Below are positions 1-44,089 of a stretch of 64,000 nucleotides of DNA, in pieces (within the stretch, counting starts at the first letter, position 1; each line of letters starts with the position of its first letter). A program made the position numbers and the translations under genes. Under the pieces are notes generated by a model. It was not told the origin of the DNA and did no database searches. It saw only the letters and a program-made list of their open reading frames with translations. This DNA comes from Lytechinus pictus (lineage: Eukaryota), in NCBI RefSeq assembly GCF_037042905.1, contig NC_087251.1:37574001-37638000 (forward strand). Direction: 5' to 3'.

Positions 1-399
1 CTATTTGGATAATGAAATTCTTGGTTTTACTCAATTGTTACACATGTGTAGCATAATCATTCACAATGAGGTCTCTTATTTCCTTACAGCCATCCTACAT
101 GTATTGATAAAAAGGGAAATCAGTGGTATTATTTTGTTATCAAGCCCAAGTAATTCATAGAATGCATAGTCTTTTTCTGATTTTTGTATTTCTTTTTTAG
201 CAATATTATTCGTGATTAGACGTTTTGCCATTCTGCAATACTGCTTGTAGAAATCAGTGATATTAGTAGACAATATCAGATATCAAGCCAAGTAATTTGT
301 AGAATGCATATGGGTTTTTTTCCCCCTTCTTAACAGTGTACGAAATTCTGTTGCCATTTTTAGATTTTATTTTTCTACTAGTGTTTGATTAAAGTATAT

Positions 400-710
400 G
401 GCCCTTATTCTGAAGTCGGGTTTAACTTAAACTCAGGTTTAAAGTTGTGGTTTAAGTATGGATAGCCAATTGTTACATAAATCATTAACGGTAGAGATAT
501 CATATTTCAGCTCATTTGGTTCTCAAATCATTCATAATTGTCTAGGAAGTATAAATAGAAGATTGTCCTCGCCATAGATGAATCAGGAAAGAGCACAGTA
601 AACATAAGAAACATACAACTTAATAAAAATTTTGACACTTTTGGCTTCCCATAATTTTAGCACAGAGTTAGACCATGGTCTAAGTTAAACCTGACTTCAG
701 AATACGGGCC
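400..710. mobile_element. 311-bp MITE, family A copy 1
   Basis: TIR GGCCC(T/G)TATTCTGAAGTC(G/A)GGTTTAACTTA at both ends; homologous to 37829-38139 and 46712-47022. Confidence 0.9.
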
Positions 711-757
711 ATAGTGTTTCATTTTTTAGACTGTTTTCTCTCTTTTTTTTCTTTTAG

Positions 758-30646
<29,889 letters not shown>

Positions 30647-33600
30647 AGTGATGCCGGAACCATTCAGCAACATGACAGCTGCGACGAGATTCAAGTCCAT
30701 CTGGGTTAGGTAGCGAGCTCCGCGCCTGGCACGTGCCCTAGCAAAGCACGTGTCAGCGGCTGCTACTACCACTATCTATGTCCTCCACACTTTCATACCG
30801 TCTGCTTTGTATGTGAACGAGATGCATTCGTTTTGATGTATCGTGACATCACCATCACATCACGTGACGTCGTCAATCCTTGAAGCATCTTTTTGTCATC
30901 TGTGAAGATGCTCCTAGAACTGCACTCTTTAGTATGCACGTTTGTAATGTAGCAATACAGACCTGATTGCACATCACCGTCACCACCTGATTCTAATACC
31001 TAGTAGATGTTGTGTAAGAAGTCCACTCTGATCCTTGATGTTCTGCATGACTCAAACCTTCACCAACTCACAGACTGCTTCTCTAAAACCTGACAGAGTT
31101 GCGGTTTGTCTTTGACTCATCAAAAGATTGAAGCAGCTCAGTCAAACCTGGTGTCCAACCTCGGATACTGTTCTTTGTGTTGAATAAGATCTTCATGCAT
31201 ATTGTAACATGGAAGGTGCAATCTGCCATCATATGTTGATTATTCTCTGTGACCATGTCCCTTTCTTTACAAGTAGGATGTGTGATGTGGGTAATTGGCA
31301 AGCAGGGTATACAACCTTCTTTCAGGATCTGTTGTGCATAGTATATGTTATCTTAGTCATCTCTTCATTTAAACCCACTGCCTCGCCGTAGCTGCATGCT
31401 ACATATAAAGCAGACCTTTGCTCGTCATGAGAGCTAGCAGAAAGGACCATCGGGATTGGCCGTTTGCTGCGTGTGCTCCGGATCGTGACGATGAGACTGT
31501 CATCGAAGACCCAGCTGATTGGTTCCACATAACATTATTCGCTTTACGTTTTACCAGAACGGGATAGAGCGTCTTAACTGCCAAAAGAGGGAGCCCTTGT
31601 GTTTGATGATGTGATCATCAAGCCAGGGAAGATTGGAAGTACCTTGGCTATAAGTGCCATTTAGTAGCCATCGGTACAGGAGAATGGATCAATGGAAATG
31701 GAATTGTTTTTAAAAAGTAATTCAAGTGATATATGACTTATAACTAAGAGTGTTTCTGCATCACTTTATTTTTTTGTCTTTTTTTCAAGCAAAGTGATGC
31801 GGAACAGAAAAGCTAATTTATGTGAATATTGGTAATTAATAGTATGAAACCTTACCTATAGATTTATAGTACGTTTCATTCGGAGTAAACTAAAGATAGG
31901 GTTTTGCCATTGAAACTTGGAAAAACTCAACTCACAGAGATTTAATGTGTGCATAATAATGAGTACCGTGGGTCATACAATAATAGTGCACAATAACATT
32001 CAGTATTTCACCCGAAAGGAAAACTACTAACTGTTGTAAAAAAAAAGTTATATGAAAAAAAATAACAAAGTCATCAAATACACATTTTATTGCTACTTTG
32101 TGGATGTATGTTACTTTTGTAATTTTGATAGACTTGGCAATGGTATGCTCTATAGCACTTACTTTCCAATAATAGATACCAGTAATTCGGGCCTCATATT
32201 CTTTTTATATTAGTCTATTCAGCCTAATACTCGGCTCTTTTTGAGCTCCAATGGATTTGTGCAGACTAATTAGGTCAAGATTCTTTTATAATAGAACAGT
32301 TTGATAGGTCACACGTATAAAGATTATGCCATTTTTAAATCTTTGTTTACGGCCATGGGCATAAAGGAGGTTTAACCATGAAAGACAGATTTTTCATCTC
32401 TATTTTCAAAATTGAACCACAATTTTAATTCTTTTCATGTATCAATCTAACTCACGAGTGGTAGCAAGCCATTTGTATTTCCTTTTCAATAACCTACTGA
32501 CGTATTGCCCTTAATTTATATCGTCCCCTCGCTTTATTACAAGTCAGTTTCTTATTGATTTGCAAATATTTTTCTTTTTCTTAGGTTGTTTATTTTTACA
32601 CAATTCTTTGACATTTTAGCTACTTTGGTTGGTATATTTATGATTATCAGGTTGATGTGACCAAAACAAAGTTTTGATGTCCCTCAGAAATGATGAATTA
32701 TAGGGAAAAGGGTATGTGGGTTAGATATTTTACGAAAAACGAAAGTTCTTGATGATTTGATAGCGCTATCTGGGCTGTGTAACATGGAGCTTAGTAAACG
32801 ACCGTGGTGCTGATTATAACAAGCAATCATACACAATAGTCAATGTGATCAATTGTAGATCACCCCTAAAATCAGTCGCTAAGCTCTGTGTTGAAGGTCC
32901 AGGGGGGTGTTTCACAAAGAGCTCACCGAGACTTTGAGTTGTGCTTGAAACATGAACGCGCACTTGTTATTTAACATGTAATCTGACTGATGCATACACG
33001 ACATGCGCATGATCTGACCAATGTGGTGATGCGTTGTATTCCGCACGCAGCTGACATTTAAGTGCGACTAGTAAGTCGCGCTTACATAATTGTGAAACAC
33101 CCCCCTGATCTTTTTTCGGTGTTTCAAGCTCATGTGCAAATGAAGGGGAAAAATGGATGAATGGGAAAGAACGCGTGTTGAACCTCCTTTGTGTAATATG
33201 GCTATTCACTGAGTAATGCTACAGTCACACTGATGCAAGGGACTCCAAACCGACCAATCACATGCCATCTACAATAAGGTGAAAGCTTTGATCGTTCTGG
33301 ATTCGGGTTGTCGATGTGACTGTAACCTAGGTTAGGGGTTTGTAACTGCTTCAAAGTTTGCCAAACACTTCAGCGTGTGAAACGAGCCATGTCAGAACCA
33401 GGGGAGCATTTCATGAAACAAATAGTTGGTGATTTTTAAGGACAGGTGTTATAAGCTACTGAAATCCTTGCATCTGATTGGCTCATAACAAATTAGTCAG
33501 TGAAATTCAATGATAAGATGCTTCATGAAAGTCTCCCCTGCCTTACCCCCCTTGGATGCCTTGGGGTTGTCAAGCCTGCGGGGCCTGTTTCATAAAACTT

Positions 33601-36180
33601 GTTACAACAATGTACAATAAACCAATGAAATCATTCAATTTGATTAGCTGATAGTAAACTTGTAGAAATCGTGCATTTGTTATTATAACAAGTCTTCTCA
33701 AACAGGACCCAGATAGAATTCATGCTGGATCAATATTGGCTTGTATTTCCATAGCTGTATCTTTGGAACAGCACATCACATACTTCTGTCAATATCATTA
33801 CAAATACATTTCAAAAGGTAATTCACATTCATACTTGTCTAGATTTATTTATTACAACATATTGTTTTACTCATCGTGTCAAAATTGTATTAGTTTCTTT
33901 GCTTCCATTGAGAGAAATAAAGTGTTTGGCCAAATTTTGTTGCAGTGAAAGATACAAAGGTTGTACTTACAAAGAAGTAACACTAACATACGCACTGTAG
34001 TACACACGTGTGAATTAAGCCACGGGGATGCGTAGAGTCCTAGCTCTCATTTTAACTACTAGTATGTGCGACAATTCATTGAATGAAAGCAATTCTTTGC
34101 ATAAAAACAGGAAGTAACGACTAATAAAAAGTATCTGTACATAACATGTAAGTAGAAGAAAAAATATGTGGAATATGTTCTTGTACCATATAAACTAAAT
34201 AATTATGAAAGACAGAAGAGAAAAAAGGGGTTGCACTCTACATGAAAAACAAATGACTGATTTCTGGCATCCTGATTTGTTCGTTTCTTGTCCTATTGAT
34301 TTTTTACTGATTATTATTATTATTTATATTGTTTTGATTGTTTCATTTTCAGCTGTCACCTTGAATGTATTTTATTTTGACTGTTTTTATAAGATCAGGC
34401 AGTTGCTTTGGTTCTTCATAACGCTGCAGTCAGAAGTCTTCTAGCTTACCACACCAAAGTCAAACTCACAGCAAAGAACAGGGGCGCATTTCACGAAGAG
34501 TTAAGTCAGCGATTGGCTGGGAGCAAATTAGTTGGTGAAAATCACTAACCAACTTCTTCGTGAAGTGCTTCCCGGTTGCTCTAGCAGATTGTAAAAAAAG
34601 TGCCATTTTCATAGTGCTGAGGGGGAATTGTTACTTCTTTTGTAATAGGGAAGGATCAAACATTGACTTACTAAACCATTCAGAAAGTAACAGAATTCAA
34701 GAATATTGATCTGTTGTATCCCATATTGGAGTGGTTTTCTTCCCCCTCTTGCCCTGCTGAAAAACACAATTAAAAGTTGTGTGTTTTTTTCCTATACTTA
34801 CCTATACTCCTACCTGGTTCTAAACAAATGAACCCGCCGAATGAAAGCGTGTGTTTCTCATAGGAGAAAATGGCTGCTATCGGAATTTGATCGCTTGCAA
34901 CCTATTTTTCAGACGAGCCAGAGTGTAGAGACGACCATCAGCTGCTACTCTGTTTAGAACCAGCCCGCCATGACACCATGGCAACTGACCTCACACTTCG
35001 GTACTCTATACTTCTCCAGACGATTTGTTCCTGTGAAAAGAAATATGTCTCAACAGAATGGTACTGAAATAAGTTGATTAATGGTACATCTTTTCATTAT
35101 TCACTACACTGAGCTTTACTTAACCAATTTTTCTCTTCAAATTGCTGTAAGAAACTATATCTTGTTAGTAAACAACATGCTAACTTCTGAAGCATTCTGA
35201 TATACTACACTGCTGTACTTGACTATTATATACAAATAGTGCACGTTATCGAGGGCATTAGTAAGAATTATACACACAAAGGTACCTTTTGAATAGTTCT
35301 GAGATGCCTGAGACATAGCCAAGCATGTTTGGACTATTTTCAAGGCAACAATTGTGATGAAATAACTCTAATACCCAAGCAAATGACGTGTAGAATTTGT
35401 TTTATTAAAACATGTGGTTTATTGTTTGATGAACCATCCTCGTCTCGAAACCACGACCGGCCAACAAATCTTCTTTCGCAAATTTTCCTATTTAGTAGCT
35501 AAAACAATAACTGATCAGGTGATAGATTTTAGCACCCAAAAAAAAATAATTTGATAAAGACAATCCATGATACCATTTTACAAAGCAATTTGATGATAAA
35601 TATTGTAAAGTATAGCTCATTAGTAGATAACATGCTAATTTCTGAGCATTCTGTTAATTGTGGTCTAAATTGACCATAATATATCTGAGATTGTCCAAAA
35701 GATAATAATTCCTGTTGCCACATATTTTCATACATCATCACTTCCTTGATGGTTTCACAAATCTTATTCATTTCAGTTCCAAAATATATAGTTCTTATAA
35801 GTCATACTTTATTCCAAATTAATATCATATGTTCAGGGTATTTTTTGCTGTAATTGTATCTTTTTTAAATGCCTTTTAAATTGAGGGGGGAAATTGTATG
35901 AGCTTTTAAGCTCTTCCTAAAACCTTTACCAAGCTATTCATGTCTATACAAGTACTGGAATGAAACAAGCAAGTTAGATTTTTCTGAATTATTTGTGAGC
36001 GCATCAGCTTATGTTTGAAATGTTGATTACCAATCTTACTGTTAAAAGACGGTTTATTGCAAACTGTGCATTTTACCAGAATTTGAATGAAAACGAAAAG
36101 AAATGAAATGGAAAAGTTTGGAGAAATATCCTTTCAAGTGTGTCTTCATGAATAAAAAATGTCATCATGAACCATATTTG
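30647..36180 (+). other. Putative long MARK 3' UTR (end uncertain)
   Basis: No coding signal after the stop. AATAAA candidates at 33916 and 36151, and further ones near 40875-40890. The cleavage site cannot be determined from sequence alone. Confidence 0.45.
32902..34573. mobile_element. Cluster of short Harbinger-like MITEs (32902-33105, ~33218-33327, 33401-33538, 33580-33710, 34481-34573)
   Basis: Four have G-rich/C-rich TIRs with TTTCA(C/T)(A/G)AA, mostly in a CAG/CTG context; the ~33218 copy has a GCTACAGTCACA-type TIR like ~25907-26016. Confidence 0.7.
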
Positions 36181-37226
36181 TGGTTAAAAATAATCCCTCA
36201 GTCGAACCTTCTTTGGAGTTTACTCTATGTTATGGTATAGCAGGTCACACATTTGTAATACCCATCATATGAATTATATATTCATTTTCATTCAATCACC
36301 TCCACCATAGGAATAAAAAACATCCAATTCAGAGTACTTATTTCATAGTTGTTTATTCTTGTTTTATATTTTGATGGAAAATGTGATTTTGCTTGAACTT
36401 AAGTTGCAAACACACTTTGTAATGTTTTTAACCTTCTTTTAAAAAGAAATATTAATACGACAGAATTATTTTTGTTTGTACATTTAATTGTAAACAAGCA
36501 AATTTTATAGTGCAATGCAAAATTAATTAAAGTCAGCGTAATAAATGCTAGATAAAGTCCATTGAGAAAAGTAATCTACTTAGAAATGATTCAGAATTAG
36601 ATTTAGACATTGGTTTGGATTCGTAGGAAAATAGATGAAAAGGAAGAATGGGACCCAAAGTTGGTCTGTTTTGAGATTGTGATTGAAAGATGTAATAATT
36701 CAGTAAATGATATCATCCTTGTGATGTGATTTCCTCTCCCAGGAGTTAATATACAATGATGCATTTTGAATGACACCACTGACTCTTTGTATGCAAATTG
36801 AAATATCTTCACACAATCATCATTCATTGCAAAATGCATATTAAATTTTAATCTGCAAAACAGAGCTGCCAAGCGGTACTGATTTTCCGTATTTAGTACT
36901 GAAAGAATACTGATGGTTTCATGCAAAATACTGATTTCGAATGTTTTAGTTTTATGTCTTGTCCTATGTATTTCTTTGAAAATAATGATTTCCTGACCAA
37001 AATACTGATTTTCAGCTTTAAAAATACCAGTGAAATGTTCTTGTTCAGGCTGGCAGCTCTGGCAAAATATTTCATGTTTTACACAAATCAGAATGGGGGA
37101 TTTCAAGTTTGGTGGTGGTGTTTGAAGCACAATTCAGAATGCCTCACCTAGCGCCAACACCTCATCTAAAACACATTGATACCTTAACACCTATTGAGAT
37201 TCATACCAGGACCATCTTCACTTTAA

Positions 37227-37588
37227 AGGTCAAGTCCCACTCCCAGATGATTTGAATCAATAGAGAAAAATGAAAAAAAAAGCATAACGCTGAAAATTTC
37301 ATCAAAATCAGATGTAAAATAAAAATGTTATGGCATTTCAAAATTTTGCTTATTTTTGCAAAACAGATATGCACAACTCAGTGATATGCAAATGAGAGAG
37401 TCGATGATGTCCCTCACTCTTTCTTTTGTTTGATTTTATTGTTTGAATCAAACAATATTTCATTTTTTTTACAGATTTGACAGTGACAATTATAATTTCT
37501 CGTGTTCAGGGAGGAGGAATAAAACTGTGTTTCATATGACAATTCTCCTTTTCTTCAAATCACCTTTTTGTTTGGGTGGACTTGTCCT
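37227..37588. mobile_element. Family B MITE, internally deleted
   Basis: TTAA|AGGTCAAGTCC ... GGACTTGTCCT; aligns to 60755-61356. A further left-end fragment lies at about 29893-29960. Confidence 0.8.
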
Positions 37589-37828
37589 TGAAGTTTAGTG
37601 ATATGCTGACATAAAAATCAATCTAACACTAACACCAAAACATCAACACCGAACATGAAATCAGCCAGTGTATCATAATGAAGATGCATTCTTTAATCAG
37701 ATAATCCATGATAAGATCAAACATCACAAGGGGTCGGTCACTACACAGTATTTAAAAGCTAAGGCACATCAATATTTTTATTTGAATGTAGACTGACACC
37801 ACAATATGCAGATAAAGTCAAATACTAT

Positions 37829-38139
37829 GGCCTGTATTCTGAAGTCGGGTTTAACTTAAACTCTGGTTTAAAGTTGTGGTTTAAGTATGGATAGCCAATT
37901 GTTCCATAAATCACTAACAGTAGAGATATAATATTTCAGCTCATTTGGCTATCAAATCATTCATAATTGTCTAGGAAGCATTAAAAGATTATTGTCTTCA
38001 CCATTGATGAATCAGGAAAGAGCACAGTAAACATAAGAACAATACAACTTAATACAAATTTTGACACTTTTGGCTTTCCATAATTTTAGCACAGAGTCAG
38101 ACCATGGTCTAAGATAAGCTGGACTTCAGAATACGGGCC
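37829..38139. mobile_element. 311-bp MITE, family A copy 2 (same orientation as copy 1)
   Basis: Aligns end to end with 400-710; flanked TAT...TAT. Confidence 0.9.
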
Positions 38140-38823
38140 TATTTTAACTTCCCAGTGTAAGTTCATCATATGAAAAATTGTGCACAATCAAAATCTGGTA
38201 CTATTTTAATTTTCTTCTTAATCTGTTTGCGTGGTTCCAACTGCATCTTGAAATAATGGGCGTATTTTAAGGTTGTGTATGAGGGTTGTGTGAAGAATAT
38301 TGGCATTTACATTTCCATACAGGGACCAAAAACAATGTCTTGAATTTTAGAAATAATGAAATGTTGTGGATCATGTTATAATGAGCAAACTTATCATATT
38401 GGTACAATTTAAATATTGTTGACAATTTCCCCTAAGATATTTATCCATACTGTACCATGGATTACTGTAAAAATATTCTAATATTTAAGGGGGCAATAAT
38501 AATTTTACTCCTAATGAAAAAACCTTGTCAAATGAAAAATTGTGATTTTGCATAAGTAATTATTTGCATTCTTGGTAATTTATTTAATACTGTGAGATTT
38601 CAACCTTACAAATATCAATAAGATTTATCTGGGACATTCTCAGCTATTAATGAAAAAGAATAATTCATTTTTTAATCATTAAAATTATAAATGATCATAC
38701 ATTTGTGAATATTAGCTCAAACCACAATATACTTCGGAAATGGTGCGTGTGCAATTGAGTTTTATCGGCCACGAATGATGTCTGGGACAGACCTTTAACG
38801 TCACCATCTGAAAGATGTAACCA

Positions 38824-38955
38824 GGGTCCCATAACACAAAGGTTAGCAATTAATCGTACGCTTGATTTTTACGATTGATTGTACATTGTAGTCTATGCAA
38901 TCAATGGTAGAAAATGTTTTACGATCATTGCTAAGTTTTGTGTGTTACGGGCCCC
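38824..38955. mobile_element. Harbinger-like MITE, probably inside a SINE remnant (~38735-39030)
   Basis: GGGTCCCATAACACAAAGGTTAGCAAT / ATTGCTAAGTTTTGTGTGTTACGGGCCCC; CAG at both ends. Confidence 0.75.
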
Positions 38956-39261
38956 AGGGTTCAATCCTCGAACCTCTGCATCAATCTTACCACATATCTT
39001 GGATTACAGGCGCACGCCACAACGCCCAGTCAGTTCATCACTTTCGAGCCATGGTCTGTCTTGGCTGTGCATGCAAAAAAATTAGGCATTGGTACTTTCC
39101 CTGACATTTGGTCTCAAAAGGTGCGTGGAATTGAAAAATAAAAGGGTCATGAAATCCTGCGGCAACTCATGTGCTTTGCTGACAATGAGCATAAACTGTT
39201 AAATCACTTATCAACTTCACACTCCCCTCCCCCATCCTGATCATAAAACCATGGAAGGACT

Positions 39262-39545
39262 TGTCTACTACACCCTCCTTCCTCCACTCAACCACCCCCC
39301 ACCTCCATTGAAATGTGGAATAACTTCTCAAATACACCCCCATGACTCCTTGAACTGTGGAAGGACCTCCACCTATAGCACCCCCCCCCCCTCCATTAAA
39401 TGTGGAAGGATTCCTCTCCACTACAGGCCCCCCCCCCCCCTTCCACTGAATTTTGGAAAGACTCCTTTGATAAACCCCCCCCCCCTCCAATTAAATTTGG
39501 AAGGACTCCTCCACTACCCCTCCCCCCCCCCCCCCCCCTTTCCCA
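39262..39545. repeat. ~40-bp C-rich minisatellite
   Basis: About 6-7 degenerate units of GGAAGGACTCCTCCACTA-(C)n-TCCATTAAATGT. Confidence 0.8.
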
Positions 39546-41386
39546 ACTTGAGAAAGGGGAGAGAAGCCCTTTGAAGATATAATTATTAATATGATGTTGG
39601 TTTGAATAAAGGGATCATTGGAAACCTGTATGCCTGAAATTACAAATATAATTATGAACTATTAAACAGAATACCCTCAGACCAAGAGCACAGAGTTAAC
39701 CCCCTCTTTTTTTATTTTGCAATTTTATTTCATATCAGTGACCCTCCTGCTATTCATGCACTATTTAAGAATATCTAGAGCAATTTATATTCATTTTTAT
39801 TTTAATTGGGTATGTTCGTAAATGTTCATGAGTCGATACTAAACTGCCAGATGTAGAATTGCAAATGTGATTTGAATGATGAGAAGATGTAAAGAACTTT
39901 AAAAGTGAATGAATTAGTTGCTTGCCAGTAGCCTCTATTGCTATTTATTTGTAAGGGATTCATTTGCAAGTTCATTTCATTCTTTGAGTTTCTATTTAGC
40001 TATATGACTGGAATCTAATTTTGTTCAAGATCAGAATTGTGATGATTTTTAAGTGTGTATCGAGGTTCCATTGCTTCACTGTTCCTTACACATTAAACAC
40101 TGAATACCTGTGTATGTTATTATGAGCCGAGTGAGTTTAAACAAAACGTGTGTAACTAAATAGACATTTGAATGCACAAATTGATGTGTTATTTTTATAT
40201 GCTAGGTAAAGAGTAGTTAATTGCATGAAGACTTAGTTCTTCTTGGGACGTTGGAGAAGTAAACAATGTGGAATGTGTTTCTATCAATCAATCCAGTGTC
40301 TGTTTGTGTATCAAGTCTATACAATTATTTATTTTTCAAATTTGATTTTTGTTGTGTAGAGATATCGAAAGTCTTGGATACCTTTTCACCAAAGTGTAGC
40401 TTTGTCCCACTCTTAATTGCAATGTTTTCTCTGCATCATGTTTAGAAACCCAATTTTACCTACATGGCAATACTCTTGTTTTCATTGCTCATTCTAGATA
40501 CAGAAATGTGCTCTATCTCTCCAATTGTCATGTATATTTTAGGTGAATATAAAAAGAGCCCAGTCTAGTGTTTGGGCTCTTGTAAAGCAGAGTTATGTAG
40601 CTCAGAAGTAAAGAAGGAAGTCAAACATTTTCAATTGTTTTGTCAAAAACATGTCCCTTTCGTCTATCAATTTTTTTTTATTCTTAATTTCTGTGTTATC
40701 TGATAGCATCAATTGACTCTGATCATGTAATGTGTGTGTGTTTTTGTGTGCATGCTTGTGTAAGCAACAACAGTACACATATGCGTATTGTATCGCAACT
40801 TACCTGTAATATCCTTGATTTATAAAGACTCGGAGCACTTAATTGTGGACCAGATTTTTTTTCTCTTTTTTTTAAATAAATGTAATAAATAAGTGATAAC
40901 CATTTTATGGTTATTCAATATTTTTTAATTATTTTCATTTTCTACTAATCTTTACTTGACCTTTTTTTTTTAAATTGCAATTGATAAATGTAGAGAAAGG
41001 AGTGTAGTTCAAGATTCTTGAAATGTTTTGGCTTCCTTAAAGTGTGAGAGTGGACGGCATAAGGCATAATACAAAGTTTGTAAATTTCAGTCAGAATGAA
41101 ATACTTATTATGATAAGGAACGCTGCCTACTCGTCCAAGTAAGTCACATGTACATTTTTGCAACCTTTTTTTCATTGTTGTTGTTTTTATGGAAATCTGG
41201 AAACCTCAGTTAGGATGAGAACGTGTAGCAGTGCAAACCCCTCTTTTTGTCCCTGTATGTAAAGGCCTAAAAAAAATGATGAGAATTAAATGACAAAATT
41301 TGTCAAAACGATTTGAAGCTGTATATTCGTGTTTGTAATTTGTGCTTGTAACTTGATGGTGATAAAAGTAATAGGTACATGTATAA

Positions 41387-41745
41387 CAGGGCTCCACACT
41401 AACCCTTTATGTCTACTGGTCCGACCTCATCATGTCGGACCAGTAGATACCCAGTTTTTCCATTTTTTACCAGTCCGAACCTAAAATTTACTGGTCCCAA
41501 AAAATAAAGAAAAACATAAAAAAGAATTGAGTTTATTTTGCTGTCATTTATTGCTTACCCCCACACAAAATAATTCATGAGAGCCATTTCTCAATTTTAC
41601 AGAGCCATTTTTTTTAGACACCACAGCCATATTTATAATTTACAAAAGAAAAGAAAATATCATTTGTATCAGTTTAAGATCTATGTTTTACTGGAAATGT
41701 CGGACCAGTAATTGTGTCTATTTCTGAAGAGTTACTGGCCCAGTG
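41387..41745. mobile_element. hAT-like MITE remnant
   Basis: CAGGGCTCCACACTAAC left end; subterminal ACTGGTCCG/CGGACCAGT repeats; right end lost. Confidence 0.55.
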
Positions 41746-41765
41746 CCAGTGTCATGCACTGTGTA

Positions 41766-41975
41766 TAATGATAATGATGGTGGTGGTTATGCTGGTGGTG
41801 ACGATGATGATGATCATCATCATCATGGTGGTGATGATGATCATGATCATGATGGTGGTGATGATGATCATGATGGTTGTGGTGTTTATGATGATGATAA
41901 TATTCAAGATACACTGATTGTGATGATTTTAGGAATAATGAAGATACTGCTGCTGGTGATGATAATTCATATAAT
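41766..41975. repeat. (GAT/GGT)n microsatellite
   Basis: Visible directly; source of the poly-D/H/M pseudo-ORFs. Confidence 0.9.
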
Positions 41976-42399
41976 GGAATAATGTATTTATTTCATAATC
42001 ATGATGACATTTTAAACAGGTGCGTATGTGGCATCTTCAACCCCTTATAATATTGTTAACTGATTGGTGCAATGCAATCTACAAAGTGCTATCATTTTTA
42101 ATTGGATCTTTATGAAATTCTCGCTGTTGATTTCAGTTTTACTTTTGCTTTAAAATCAATTTATGCAAAGGGTCATTGTGTAGTGAAAACAATTGTATTT
42201 ATTCGCTTGAAATGGAGGTTATACGGGCCATGTATCTCAGTTACTGTTGAGGAAATTAGGAGCACGATCTGTGCATGTATAGGCCCTACCAATCTTCTGT
42301 AGAAACCAGAAAGATGCCATCCAAACTCCAGAACAGGCAACGCATCGTCGCTGTCATTTATAAGGATAGAACTAGGTGGGTACTCTTCTGAGAGTGAAA

Positions 42400-42418
42400 G
42401 AGCGCCATCTTGCGGTCA
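42400..42418 (-). promoter_or_regulatory. CTCF-like motif TGACCGCAAGATGGCGCTC (overlaps a YY1-like GCGCCATCTT)
   Basis: One mismatch to the CCASYAGRKGGCRS core. Confidence 0.5.
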
Positions 42419-43429
42419 TTTCCGCAACTTAAGGGATGACGTTTTACATTGATATCGGCCCAATTATTTATAGATATTTCATCATGTCTCGTCAGAAATC
42501 GCTGTCCTTCTGCTACGTGCCCACACATTTCTCTTTTTCTTATGACGAACATCAAGGTGAAAGATAGATACACCTACGTGTAAGGTTCCCGATTATCACC
42601 AGGGGCGGATCCAGGAAAGTGGCAGGTGGAGCTGGAGGGGCTCTTTGGGGACTTGTCAAAATAATGTTACCAAACATTCGGTCAATATATTGGTCCACTT
42701 TATTCCATTTACCCCCCCCCCCCCCATATTACCTAGTCTTCGATGATCCACAGCTAGCCTCATCTCCTCTTATTTTTGTTATTATTTCTGCCCGGAATTT
42801 TCAATAATTGATTTGAGGAAGAATGGAACACGAATAAACTTAATGAATTGTAAATGTCAAGAGAATTTCAAATGCCTTGCGTATTACCACCAAAGGAGCG
42901 CTATGATTGCTGGCAAATGTTAATATATATATATACACAGCATTATGGGATTAAATTAATATGTATAATAGTATTATGGGATTAAAGTAAAGTCAATGTT
43001 TGGTGGGTGCAGGGCTAAGAAACGGCGTAATTATCAATAATATTCTTCGATACTACTCCATATTGCATGAGGTTTGTATAGCTCCATCTTGCGTCCATTT
43101 GTCCTTTTATTTTTACATGAACTCGAGTGATGGGGATCGATTTTCCTTCTCCCACTTTTCCCTATTCTTTTCTTCTTATTTCATTTTTTCCTTCTTCCTC
43201 GGTCTATGCGCCGTAAAAATGCTATTTCATTATTTTTAATACAACGCAGTTTACAATGTAAATCTTACAGTATTTGTTTAAACAAGCGCTTAAAGTTATA
43301 AACAACCTATAGTTCAAATTTAATTATGAATTATTTAATATCTAATAATGGTTGTTTAGAGTAGGTTCATATACTAAATTGCGTTAAATAAATTCAGCGT
43401 TTTCAATGTAAACTTTTTGAGGACCAATC

Positions 43430-43884
43430 CTTCTTTTTCTTCCTTTTCTTTTACTTCTTCTTTTTTTCCTTCTTCTTTCTCTTTTCTTCTTTTTTTTCTT
43501 CTTCTTCCTCTTTTTCTTCATCATCATTATCATCATCTTCTTTTTTCTCTCTCTCTCTCATTCTTCTTCCTCCTCTTCTTTTTTTCTTCTTCTTTTCCCC
43601 TTCTTCTTCCTCCTCTTCTTTTTTTCTTCTTCTTCTTTTCCCCTTCTTCTTTTGTTCTTCTTTTTTTCTTCTTCTTCTTCTTTTTTCTCTCTCATTCTTC
43701 ATTCTTTTTTTTCTTCTTCTTCCTCTTCTTTTCTCTTCTTCTTCCTTTTTTTTCCTTCTTCATCATCATCATCTTCTTTTTTTCTTCTTCATTCTTCTTA
43801 TTTTTTCTTCTCCCTTTTCTCTTTTCCCTCTTCTTCTTTAATTTCCTTCGTCGGTGTAGGTGGAATATATAATATATATATAAA

Positions 43885-43930
<46 letters not shown>

Positions 43931-43953
43931 TAGGTCTCTTCATCTATTTCTTT

Positions 43954-44013
<60 letters not shown>

Positions 44014-44015
44014 TT

Positions 44016-44088
<73 letters not shown>

Positions 44089-44089
44089 A
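43430..44089. repeat. (TTC)n low-complexity tract followed by (TA)n microsatellites
   Basis: Visible directly. Confidence 0.92.

Noticed and set aside
36603..37130. Longest non-MARK ORF (175 aa, minus strand)
   Set aside because: No recognisable domain or splice context, a non-ATG start, and partial derivation from repeated AAATACTGATTT motifs.
43417..44010. F/S-rich, K/E-rich and YI-repeat ORFs (also 13211-13814 and 41714-41982)
   Set aside because: These are translations of microsatellite or low-complexity DNA.
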